Position numbers and translations under genes: made by a program
Shown here: in pieces, positions 51,321 to 63,700 of the stretch
Layout of the letters: each line of letters opens with the position of its first letter
Position numbering within the stretch: position 1 is the first letter of the stretch
The notes under the pieces: generated by a model
Database searches by the model: none
The model's input: only the letters and a program-made list of their open reading frames with translations
Told to the model about the DNA's origin: nothing
NCBI GenBank assembly: GCA_051362555.1
Contig: CM120642.1
Location: 11,904,001 to 11,968,000, forward strand
DNA from: Lingula anatina
Taxonomy: Eukaryota; Animalia; Brachiopoda
Reading direction: 5' to 3'
Length of the DNA: 64,000 nt

Positions 51321-51437
51321 ATATGTCCGACAGGCCAGAAATGTCCTACGACCAGAGAAGGCCAGAAATGTCCTACTCCAGAGAAGGCCAGATATGTCCG
51401 ACAAAAAAGAGCCAGATGTGTCCGACTGGCCAGACAT
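51321..51437 (+). repeat. Short variable-period tandem repeat (GGCCAGA(A/T)ATGTCC core, ~5-6 copies)
   Basis: Seen directly; probably the internal repeats of a small non-autonomous transposon. Confidence 0.7.
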
Positions 51438-51525
51438 TTTACCACAAAAACGGCAATTATAGCAATTTATCTATGCTCGTCATCAGTCCACGTGACCTCC
51501 ATAGATGGCAATACTCTGCAATAAT

Positions 51526-51694
51526 CTCTTAAGAGATTATTAAAAAAAAAAAACTTTTTAGAAAAAAAAAAAAAAAAAAACAGGACTAATTTTGAATGTA
51601 GAAATGGATTCATTAACTATTGGTAAGTATGGGAAAAATGCTGTTTACCCCAGGAAAATCCATTTTTGGGCCAAAATGAACAGTTGTTATCCCT
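51526..51694 (+). mobile_element. Truncated second copy of the 12434-12756 element
   Basis: Close match from CTCTTAAGAGATTATTA through GCCAAAATGAACAGTTGTTATCCCT. Confidence 0.75.
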
Positions 51695-52379
51695 TTATTT
51701 ATACCCCCTAGCAGCTTCAGACATCAGAGCCGCTTAAGCCGAGTGCAATTTAGAGAGAATCCCCTCGGTGATGGACCTTGAATCCGTAGGATTTCGAATA
51801 AATTTATACGTATATTGTCTGCCTAGGCACGGGTCACTGCACGAAAGGAGATATGCTGGCTGTATGCAGGCACTGCACGGACGATGCATGGCAAATGTGA
51901 CAGTAGTAAATCGGTCAGTAGATCACACCACATTACAAAGGAGCAAAGCTAACGATAAACGCTTGGCCAGCTTGTGTGCTTGAATCGCGTGATGTGGTAT
52001 ATAATAGAAGGGTAAAAAATACTTTTACAGAGAGCACTTTTTTATTATAAAAGTATTTATTGTTATTGCGCCAATAATTCGACCGGTCGAATTAAGCCGA
52101 GATTTAATTACTGTGCCCCTGCAGGGACGACACGTGGGGAGGCGGGGAAGAGGCGGAGAGACCATTACAGGATTAAGCGGTCTTCCTTTCATGTAGGTCC
52201 GCCATATTTAGGCCGTGGACCAGCAAGCACTCGGCTCTTCTCATTCTGAATGGCCTCTAACAATACCAGACTTGAGTATGGACCACTGAACAAAAGTCAG
52301 GGATGTGGAACAAACCATTTGAATAGTGCGCATAGCTATAACAATTTTGGACAGAATGTGAAGTTAAAAGAACATTATT

Positions 52380-52740
52380 TTCATGTTATGTTGTACAAGG
52401 CCATGTTAATCTTTGTACCGGTACAGGAATGAACTGAATTGAATTGAATTTCAAGACGTGTTGAGGTACCTACGTTATGATGTCATTTGGTGACGTCAGT
52501 TGACGCAGTTTAGTCAAATTTCTGTCCAAGTCTGTCCTGTTTGTGAACAGACCCAGGGACGCATTTTCGACAAAGATTAGTTTCTTCATAATTACAAACA
52601 CTATGTAGTTGTCGTTTTTTTTTAAAAATATTTTTCGATCATCGTACATTTCAAAACCAGATAACGAAAAATCTTTTTTTTTTCAGCAGGTACATTAAAA
52701 AATGTGCACTCATATACCGTCCTAGGTGTGTATGGGTTGT
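52380..52740 (-). repeat. Right arm of the ~370-bp inverted repeat pair (partner 44725-45095)
   Basis: Contains TACGTTATGATGTCATTTGGTGACGTCAGTTGACGCAGT and AAACACTATGTAGTTGTCGT, reverse complements of left-arm blocks. Confidence 0.85.
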
Positions 52741-52819
52741 ATAGTGTTTAGATTGCTGACATCTGCAATTTAAATTCTGCCCGACAAATTTGAAGGACAA
52801 TAATGTCTTCTCTTGGACT

Positions 52820-53063
52820 GGGTGCACATGCCTAGATAGATCCAGCTAGATCGGTCTAACTCCCTGGGGTATCTCACTAAATTGCTACCAACTAACCGGC
52901 TTAAACGTCTGTCACGCCTACCGAATCAGCTAGGGGGGTAAAGATAATTACCCCCTAAAATCTGTACTAGGCGTGACAGACATTTAAGCCGGTTAAGTTG
53001 ATAACAGTTTAGTGAAACTCCCCAAGGAGATAGATAGATCCAAATATCTGTGGGAATAGCCCC
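52820..53063. mobile_element. Hairpin MITE (family A)
   Basis: Arms CCGGCTTAAACGTCTGTCACGCCTA / TAGGCGTGACAGACATTTAAGCCGG; right terminus GGGAATAGCCCC. Confidence 0.75.
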
Positions 53064-53811
53064 TTGTACATAATTTTTGCATTATTTCTGTTTAGCTTTT
53101 TTCGGTAATAGCAATCCTTTTTTATTGGAATCTCTTCTGTTTAAAACAGTGAAAGATAAGTCAGTCGTTTTTCATCTATCGTAACCCATCTAAAAGGTAT
53201 GCGTTCATTCCCATTTAGGCGTTTTAAAAAACTTAGTAACAGATGTATTGAAAGGGCTGAACCAATTCCTTCAAACAATCTTTTCATTTACTTTATGTCC
53301 TGTAAATTTTGTTAACATTCTATTTTCTGACGTTGCTTCAGAGATGAAGTGATCTCTGTCAACGTTTAATCGTATACACAGCAGAAATGACTTCATTTTA
53401 GTCAATGAATCACCATGTAGATAAACAAAACGAGAGCTTAATTCTCAAGTGAAAGGAGACGAGAGTGAACGGTACTGTAGAATGAATTGAAGAAGGTTCT
53501 TTTCTTTACTGTACAGTTTGGATAATTCCGATTTCAAATGTCTTTTATGCAAGCGACACTCCCCAGGCACGTGGTTGCCACGCTGGTCTTCTATTTTTAT
53601 CCTCTTATCCTGAGATATTTGACACGTTTCACCACAGGTCACATTTACGTGGCATTTTACAAAATATTTGAGAAGACTTATCCTCTCTTCGTACGCCACT
53701 GCTGTTGTTTTTAAAAACAAAAGTGGTTAAAAGTAAGTGTGATACATTAATTTCTAAGTGTATTTCTGCAAGTGGGATTTTTACGCTTTAAGTTTTCGGG
53801 ATCGGGAGGTA

Positions 53812-54753
53812 CAGGCGGGTGATATAAGCATGGCACCATCTGTGTGAATAGTGCTCTATGTGACATGGGGAACCCGTTCGCAAAAACTTCATTGTTTCAA
53901 CTGTACAACTACTTAGATTAGTAGAGGCCGTACAAATTGCAGAATGAGGTTAGCAAAAGTACTGTTGAAAAAAGGTACCATGCTACATGAATTCACAACA
54001 GGGTTGCCAGGAGAAAGCCACTTATCACCTTTGTAAACAGATGAAGAAGAGTGACATGGGCTGCAAGGACCATATTTTATGATGAGTCCATATTCATCGT
54101 TTACAACGTGGGTGGACAGTTGAGAGTATGGAGAACATGATAAACATCTTCTTTGTCACAGTATATGCATTTCCTCATTAGACAGTCCACTTCAATAATA
54201 GTTTACAGGTGTCAGAAATGGTGAACTAGAGTTGATAAATGGGAACCAGAACCACGAGCGTTTCACTGACAGTCTACACCATTACCGGTAGAAAACACCT
54301 TTGGGGACAGGAACCATCCGTTCATTTTCCAAGATGATAACGCTACACCCCAAAGGGCCAGGGCTCTAACAGAGTGGCTCTACCAGCAAGGCATCAAGAG
54401 TGGAGTGGCCTGTCCAATCACCGCATGGAAACCCCATTGAAAGCCCGTGGAATGAGATTGGAAAACAAGTGACAAAGGATTGCCTCTTTACTACAAACGA
54501 TCTAATCCAAAATATCTTTAGATCCTAGGCCAACGTAGCTCCCAGGTGATTACTGATCTTATTAGTCTATGCGCAAAAAGATTGTGGCCATGCTGAGATC
54601 ACGCGGATACCTACAAAATGCTGGTCTGTAAACCTGTAGTAAAGATACTAACTTGGCATAACATGATTTCAATAAAACATTCATTGAAAACCTGACAAAT
54701 CCAACTATTGTTCATTTAAAAGCAAAATGGTGCAATGCTTTCGTCACCCCCTG
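53812..54753 (+). mobile_element. Decayed, internally deleted Tc1/mariner DNA transposon
   Basis: TA-flanked imperfect TIRs CAGGCGGGTGATATAAGCATGGCACC ... GGTGCAATGCTTTCGTCACCCCCTG. Frameshifted transposase remnants ARRKPLI, IFYDES, FQDDNATP and EWPVQSPHGNPIESPW (cf. the Tc1 WPxxSPDLNPIE motif). Confidence 0.88.
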
Positions 54754-54928
54754 TAGGCCTACGTTGTTCTATCCAGAATTCTATAAACCTTTTGCATCAG
54801 CATTACTATTCGCAGCAGTACAGTAAAATACTAGTAGCTGTCCATAAATTTATGTAAAATTCAGCGTAAAATCTTATTTTATGACACCAAGGAAATGTGT
54901 TCACGGACAGCCAGTTTACACATTGGGT

Positions 54929-55170
54929 AAGGGTCATTCCACAGAAAAAGCGAACATTTTAGCGTCGTTAGTACCTCACACATTTCGTGTACTATTTGTA
55001 TTACTGTTTCATATCACCTTTTAATTATATTTGATTTCTTTTCATATTGAAGGGTACTATAGTACCGGTAAAAGATAGCAAAAATAATGGATCAAATAAA
55101 ATTATGCAGGTATTTCACAAAATGTGTGTCTGACGTGACTCAGTTGTCACCTTTTGGTGGAATGTCCCTC
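54929..55170. mobile_element. Non-autonomous TIR element just upstream of the SCP exon
   Basis: TIRs AAGGGTCATTCCAC / GTGGAATGTCCCTC. Confidence 0.6.
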
Positions 55171-55261
55171 GAAGTGACTTTGGTTCACTGCATAGTTCAT
55201 TTTTAAAATCTGAAAATCACATTTTAATTATTAATATATCATTGTTTTCAATAATCCGTAG

Positions 55262-55819
55262 ATGCCCTTGAAGTCGGCCTCCGCTCCTTATCCAGAATTT
55301 TGGCTTCGCAAAATTCGCTCTATGTTTGCCATGTTTGACCATGATCAAGATGGCGTCATCCGCAGAGAGGACATTGTCAACTGGTGTGTACAGAACGCTA
55401 AAGGTCGCCTTAATCAAGTTCAGATGGAAGTTTTCCAGGAACTGATGGACGAGGCTTGGGAATACTACTGGGCTGGAGAAGAAAAGAGAACCGAAGTCAC
55501 TCTTGACGACATTGCAGACAGCGTGAACCGCACTTACCAGGCTCTGGGCTTCAAGGCTTTGCAAGACAAGTGGTTAGGTACCTGTTTTGATAAAGTGGCA
55601 GATATCGACGGTGACGGCTATTTGACTTTAGAAGAATTTACGACTTTTCTTGGGTTGTTTGGCGTACACCCATTGAGCGTCCCTGCGTGTTTCGAAGCTC
55701 TGAAGACCAACAAAGATGACCTCATCAGCAGAGAACAGTTCGTGCAAAAGGGGAAAGAATTTGCTTATATTACAGTAGATTCTCCAGCAAAAATGTTCTG
55801 GGGACCCTTTATTGCTTAG
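55262..55819 (+). CDS. Sarcoplasmic calcium-binding protein (SCP)/calexcitin-aequorin superfamily EF-hand protein
   Basis: 185 aa. FWLRKIRSMF precedes EF1 DHDQDGVIRRED; EF3 DIDGDGYLTLEE is canonical; EF2 and EF4 are degenerate; C-terminal FWGP. An AG acceptor lies immediately before the ATG, suggesting an upstream 5'UTR exon. Confidence 0.88.
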   Translation: MPLKSASAPYPEFWLRKIRSMFAMFDHDQDGVIRREDIVNWCVQNAKGRLNQVQMEVFQELMDEAWEYYWAGEEKRTEVTLDDIADSVNRTYQALGFKALQDKWLGTCFDKVADIDGDGYLTLEEFTTFLGLFGVHPLSVPACFEALKTNKDDLISREQFVQKGKEFAYITVDSPAKMFWGPFIA

Positions 55820-57778
55820 AAACAAGTGTCAAAATTTAAACCTTTTCAATCTGAACTGTAATATTTTATATTATTGAGACGGTTAGGGGTTTGGTATTAA
55901 GCAGCCATCCAGGCAGACTGGTTCTGGTTTTTCATAGCCCTTGTTCAAAATGGATCATTTGAAAGCTATAGTTTACTGACGTGAACAATCTCAATCCTAC
56001 CACAAGAATGTGGCATGTTTTGCGTTGTTAAAAAAAGGCACTTCTTTTAACTTGAAAAGCACAGTGTTCCCATTATGGTTTATTGTATTAAGAATTTACA
56101 AAAACGGATGTCCTTTATATGATGTGCACAGTGTCTGTACGCATTCTGATCTGAACTATATTGATAACTATATAATTTCTATGAATGAATGTATAATGAA
56201 TAATGGGGAGATCTAGGATTTTGAGAAAATTGCACATGATAAACAGATTGCCATTCTCAATTTAAGTAGTTTTAATACAAGCCTTCCCACGGCTAAAATG
56301 AACCACAAATATAATTAAATACGGTGGGAGGTATACTCATGCCTTCTTTCATACCTCTTTAGAAACTTTACTTCCATCTGGCCAATTGTTATGAAATAAT
56401 TAATAATGGATAATCTAACTGTTTAAATAATAATTATACCAAAATACTGAAACAAACAAAATGACTGCAACTCACAAGCATGCTCGTCTTACTTACTATT
56501 ACTCATTCAAGCAATATATATATGTTTTGCAAATTAGCCATATTGTCACAAAAACATATCATTTGGCACCAAACACAAAACTTAATACAGTTGAAATATA
56601 TACATATTTAACTTACTAAATGAAGATTTCATTACCAGGTATACAACATGTAAATACTCCCTTACACATGACTGCATATTTGAAACAATACACACACAAT
56701 GAAATATGAATCATTTGAAATATTTTTTTAAACTTTCTCAATTCTGTTACACAGATATGTATAATACCTAATCTTTAAAATTAAGATACAGTTACTATCA
56801 CATTGTTATGGACTGCCCTATAATCTCATGATATATTGTAAAGTACTGGTATTATTGTGTATTCACTACATTAATATAATATTTCCTTTGTCTGTGTACC
56901 ATGCAGTAATGACACCAGATTTAGATTTTTTTTACATATAATCTCAGCATAATATGTTTATCTAAAATAATTCTAATTTTAATTATTACATATTATCACA
57001 ATATTGATTGACAGGTAAAAGGGTAACAATATGGACAATAAATATCAATACATGACAGTGAAACGCATGTAAATATGTGATAGCTCACGCTTACAGATAT
57101 GTATATAATGTAAAAACAATGCTGCCGGTACAAAGTCTCATTGTCATTCCGTTGAGTAAACATGTCCTTTTTAAGGCTGATTTTATATACTGTGCTGTAG
57201 TATACTTAATCAAATGAATAAACAGTAAACTTAACCACACATAGAAACATAAACACACCTTACCTTTGCATGGTGTTTTGATTGACAATTACAAAATAAA
57301 TGGCGTCTGTCACTAGACTGAGGTGAAATCTCTGTGGTAATATTACTGACTGCATTTTTTTCTTATAATAAGTGAAGTAAAAATATAAAAAATAACCATA
57401 TCTTCTGAAGCATCTAATCAGATAAAACCCTGTTATCCTGAACTTTCTTGTAACATTTTAACATAACAGCAGTTCAGAAAGTAGGAAAGAAATGTAAAAT
57501 GGCCCACTAGTCATGCATATAAAACTGTCATTGTTGGTCCCGCTGTAAACAGTAAATAATGTACATTCTTATTTACTGACTGGATAAACAATTAGTCTAA
57601 GATTTGAATCCAACTTAAGAGACTAGAATTTCAACATAAGTACAATAAAAATTTTTGACAGTGGGCACTCTTTCCCCCATCAATTAGAATAGTATATAAC
57701 TTGAAACTGGTATTAAAAATACAACTGCATAACATAACTATATCTTACTAAAATTACAACCTTCCCTTTTTCTTCTTT

Positions 57779-60700
57779 TTACACAGAAGTTTCAAATACA
57801 TATGACTCTCCAACTTTAATAGCACTATATGAAACATTGGAGGAGGGATAAGACAGAGAACTTTCTTTTCCATAACCCTGGTCAATAGTGTCATGTCCAT
57901 TTTGTGAGTGGTGAGTTCTAGAGGCCATGTGGTTTGTTTTTGTGTAGGTGTTTAATAGCGTATCCCCAGCACTGCTAAGGTACCTTGCATTCTTCCATTT
58001 ATTGCTAGCCGCTGCGTCAAAACTTTCATCATCATTTTCCGCCGTAAGTATTCTATCATCACTGACCAGTGAGATGAGACTGTCTATTTCATCATCTCTG
58101 ATATTATCATTTGGCACTTGATGATGCTCCCTCTCACTGACAGTCTTCATCCATTCCATAATCACATGTAATCCATGATCAGATCCACCAGTATGTGTTG
58201 CCAAGGGGTGTATATGCTTAAGAGCATCCAATCCATTTGTCTGCACAATAGATGGCACCACCGTCTGACCTGATACATAAGTCTGGCCAGGGTGTTCAAA
58301 ACCATTTCTACCAATATTGGTGTCTGGTGTAGAGCTCCTAAGTGGCATATTTATTTTATTTGAGACGTTCAAAGTAGGGCTTATCTCTCCTTTCACAGAA
58401 TCATTAGTTTTTTCTCTTGATAATTCAACAAAGTTTCTAGCATTACTTGTATCACTCCATCTTGAATTTTCCCTGAATTCAACTTCCCTATCCAGTGACT
58501 TAGCTCTAATAGTGCTGGCATCTACAGGTTCTCTTCTGCCCTCTCCAATACCATTCCCAAGATTCACTGCAGATAAAACATCTTCAGTATCATCTTTCTG
58601 ATTATAGTTTCTAAGTATATCACCTAATACTTCATCACGTCTTTGTATTCTTAAAACGTCTGCTGCTGTTCCTGCTAAATCTAGCAAGCTATCACTATGG
58701 ATACACTGGGAGTTCAGCCAATCCAAGGCCTTCTTCTTAATAAAAGTCCACTCTGAATGTTGTCCTGCATTCCTTTGCAGCCAAACCACAGCCAGGACTG
58801 TAGCCCATACACTCTGACTCTGAAATACCATAAAACATAGCTAATTGTGAATTACTGCTATTTCATTATTTTATCATTTTTCTGAAAATAATAAACTCGA
58901 TTAAGCTTAAAATGGAATACACCTTGTAAATTGTTGATGGGATTCTGATTTCAAATGAAGGAGTATAATTCAGAGATAGAAACTATTAACAAGATGTCAA
59001 ATCAACAGTTTTACGTCTTTTGTGAAATGCGACCATACACAGAACTGGCCTCTCAAATAACCATTTTACTTGGCAGTGTCACACCTACCACAAAGCACTA
59101 CCCTTAGATACAATAAAGTTAGCATTTTTCTACAAATAACTATTAATTTCATCAGAGTTAAGAAACTGTGAAAATCAAACTTTGCCAATGTTAATTACAC
59201 TCTGCCAAAATGACAATCGCTGATGTGAATTCTACTACTAATGACAAAAGACACTTTGCAAGAAAATGCATTTGCTCCACCTCATCCTGCATCACCTCGC
59301 CCAAAACAATGCAATCTACATCTCCCTTTCTATACTTACCTCCCCGTCTGGCCATTTTGTGTCTAGTCAGGTCTTCCTTGTGCGCATTGGAACGTAAACT
59401 GGCGAAGCTCAGCCAAATATGTTATGTACCTTAACATATACATATGAGATGAATGTCCTAAACTTATATAATTTAGAACGCTTAATTCAAGCGTGGGCTC
59501 GAAATAGGACATTACGTTTTAAACTTACTCAGTGGATAACGCAATTCGAAATTCCACGGTTCGTGTCAGATTTACGTGATGTCGCGCAAAGAAAACCCAA
59601 GTCCACATAATGACCAGTTTAATGGTTTATTAGTTGATGATCCCTAACTACATGTTCTACGTGAAGCCTCCAAGCTCTAGGCTGTCTCCCATAGCTCCGT
59701 CGAACGGTCACCTTCGAGTCTTCTTCAGTCTGCCTCCCGATATCAATTCTATACGTCTTTTATACCTATTTCTTATCTTTAGGTGGATTCTGTGCTGCAG
59801 TATTTGGCGGTACATATTAATTTTAATTATTCAAATTGCACACGTCCACTTAAGTTACATGACTTCAGGTAAGGCCATAAAACGAGTCGAGTGCACAAGC
59901 AATCGACTCTAATCAAATTAATTTACATGTCCGGGAATTATATTTGTGAACACTACACGTGTAGTGCCTAAAGATAAGAAATAGGTATAAAAGACGTATA
60001 GAATTGATATCGGGAGGCAGACTGAAGAAGACTCGAAGGTGACCGTTCGATGGAGCTATGGGAGACAGCCTAGAGCTTGGAGGCTTCACGTATAGAACAT
60101 GTAGTTAGGGATCGTCAACCAATAAACCATTAAACTGGTCATTATGTGGACTTGGGTTCCTGATGCAATACAAACTCCTATACATATTAACCATTCAAAC
60201 TCATACTTACAGGACAGGGGCACCTGGCAATCATCCTCTCCACTGATGTATCTAAGATCTCTGCCAGGGCAGCATCTAGGCACCATGAGCCATCAAATCC
60301 CTGGCACTCTGCCAGAAGATATTCTTTTTTCATGACAGGGGTGGTGGGGGACTCTGGAATACCCTCCAGTAGGAACTCTTTGCTGGCAGATGGGGACTGG
60401 GGGCTTCCTAAGAGACACAGGAATGGGTGCACTTTATAGATTTAAGATAATCTTTTCAATCATTTCAAAATAATTTAATACATTTTTATTTACTGTTATT
60501 CATAATTTTGTTTTGATTGTTTCATGCATGATCAACAAAATGTTCTTTAAAATATCATTTTGAATATATATTATTCATAAGATTTCATAGGATTTAGTAT
60601 CAAAACCATCCCAAAATTCTACCATACAAAAAGTGAGTAATCCTGAGGCAATCCTTACCCTGGGTGTCATTAGACATGAAGGAGTCGTCCAGAGTGCCAC

Positions 60701-63700
60701 TGGTATTGATCAAATTTACAGACGCTAAAGACACTCTCATCTCATCTCCAAACTCTGCCAAGGGTGCAGATTTGGGCCGCTTTGGTCGATAGCGGACATG
60801 TCGACTGGGGGCATCTCCTGGACTCCTCCAAAAGTCATCACTCATTGATGGAGATTTGTTTAAACCTGAAGTAAATAGGGAATGTGAGCATAAACCAACA
60901 GAGGAACTGTGTTAACTAAATAAAATAAATAAATTTATATATTAATAGAAGTATTCATTACTGTTTACAAAAATCATTCAATCACAAAGCCATGAAAATT
61001 AAGGAGGGAGAGAGAGAGAGAGAAAGAGAATATGACCCTGCCAAAAACCAATAATTACAGTTGAAAGACACCTATCACAACAGGTTCTGTACAATTTGCA
61101 TTTAACAGTATCATTTTATATTTTAAGTGATCTTAAGGTAAATTTACATTATTTTAGTCTTGCAGCAATACATTAGACTGGGCTACAATACTATGTGTGC
61201 ACTGCTCAGTTTAAGAGAAGCATTAATCACACATGCACTCATGCTATTATGTCTGAAGATTTACATCATGCATATTTTTGCATATGCACCTTCTATTTCA
61301 ATACACTTAAGTCAACTGGCAGCAGTTTATGTTAATTTCGCACAAACAGCTACACGAAAATATCTTTTTCCAATCACACAAACTAGGAAAAACCTCAATT
61401 CTGATCAAATAAAAAATAAATACAATATTTTACTCAAAATAACCAGTAAACAACCTTAAAAACCTCTGATAATATTATGTTTCACAACAACAACAACAAC
61501 AACAACAACAAAAAAAAAAAAACATTAAGTACAACCATGAATCAGGACAAGCATTCTGAAATGGAATCACACAAAATGATATTTCACAAACATTTCACTG
61601 CATCAAAAGCATGGCATAATTTTCTTCTAAGCCACAAGTACTCACGTATTTTGACTATATGGGGCACTGCTGCATTAGAGAAACAAAAGAGAAATATTTT
61701 AAATTACTGTAAAATGTACAGTTTTAACTCATTGCTTACGAAGCATGACTGCCAAACTCTGATGCATTTTTCCACCCACTCACCAAATTCTATGTGACAT
61801 CTAATAATTTTGGTTTTGACTGTATTTGCTTTTACATTTACCTCAAAACAGGATCTTCTTCTATATCATAGACCGAGAGTAATGGGACCCACAGGCTAAA
61901 CAGCATACGTACATTGCTACATATAATTTAAGTGAGCTGCAAGCATACATTTACACACATGCAAACACGTGGATATGCACACATCATATTGATCTTATTA
62001 CGATGACATATCCGTACACTTAGAAAGCAGGTTCAAACAAGGCTTAAAACAAGGGTGGCACTGGACTTACACATCAATGCTTTCATTTTTAAGAAAAATC
62101 AAAACATAAATCATTCAGATAAAAACAAATGATAGAACACAAAATCAACATTTTTGCTCTTCCTGAAAAAATTTCATTTTAAACTACTAACTTACACCTG
62201 ATAGAGTTAACAAGCTTCCTGAATTTGACTCTAAACCAAGAAAAACAACCACAGTTTGATGTATCTTCCTCTTCCTCTTTTTCTACTTCAACAGTCTCTA
62301 TGCAATTTTCCTCTGCCTCCACTTCTGCCTCCACCTCCTCCTCCTCCTCCTCTCCCCTCTCTGGTGTTAGTAAAGCACGGGTCTGAGCACTATGCACCAT
62401 GCGTCTTTTATAAGTTAGTTTGTTAGTCAAAGCTGAATATGAATATCAAGGAGAAATTATACATAAAAGCAAAGCAAAGAAAAGTTATACCTAGACATAC
62501 AGACAGAATATGAATGTAAGAAATTAAACTTGAATATGTGCGAGCAAAAAAAACTGTTTCAAAGATATATTGTAAGTTTTACAGTAAAGAAAAAGGCAAA
62601 CTATTGACTATAATAGAATACTATAGGAGAAAAATACTGAAACATGCAAACATCTAATAGTATTTTGATAAAAGCCAAGAAGGATTACACTAACATGTGG
62701 TAATATCAATTGACATGCTATCTACACAATGAACCATGAAACTATGCAAAAAAAAAGGAGAAAAAAGAAAGCAGGAGAAAAAATCCACAACTAAAATGCA
62801 GCATGATGACTACTGAGACAGCTGCCCAATTTTTGTAAACCTTTTTCAGAGGCAACAAGTTGTTAACATGTGCTCATTCGAGATTAAATGACACAATTGG
62901 AAGTGAAGAGTACCACTTACTTCTCCGTGAGAAAGACATTGACCGGAACTTTCTGGCCACTAATGACCCAAGCCCACAGTTCCACAGTGAGCTGACCCTC
63001 TTAAAGTGTGGTTTGTATTCTCTAATGGCAACTTCATAGGAGTCCCCTGAACCAATGGAAGTTGTGTCATCTGCTTCCTGAAAACAAAAACCAGGAGAGA
63101 TAAGGAATTAACTCAATTCTTCTAAACTCTTGTTACAGACTCTCAGAGAAAGTTATTATAAATGCAGAGATTTAAATAACCTTTTAATAATTATCTAATT
63201 TTGCTTAGATCATGTAACTATTGCCACAAAAAATTCTTACCAGTTTTGCAAAATAGTTATCATAAGCAATTACAAATTATAAATAAATTATATGTTTGAC
63301 ATTAATATGTACACTGTCAATTCATTAACTGACCCAACTGGAATGTTCTACATCATTGGAAAACCTATATAATTACTTCTTCAGAAAAATATCAGCACCA
63401 AGTAATTTAAATTGCCTGCTGCTAAACTAAACTGCTTGATCTGACATTACTGATCTGTTATATGTATAATATTATCTACATTTATCTATATTAGTTCTCA
63501 CCTGTGTCTTGTCCCAGTCACTGTACAGCAGCTGTACATGGTCCTCACTACCCACCATCTTACCCAAAATGGCCGTACACCTAGAGACAATACTGGAGGC
63601 TTTGCTCAGGCGGATGATGTAGTATGGAGTGTTTCCTTGCAGAATGTTTGCTGGAAAGAAAAAGACCACAAATGATTTGTGAAAAAAAAATAGAAAATGA

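Noticed and set aside
55262-55819. Ca2+-activated photoprotein
   Set aside because: The His/Trp/Tyr residues that stabilise peroxy-coelenterazine are not present, and EF4 is degenerate.
58923-59362. Two possible micro-exons in the last VWA5 intron (strong GAG|GTAAGT donor at ~59339)
   Set aside because: The acceptor context is weak, and direct splicing 60211>58819 is already in frame. Needs RNA data.
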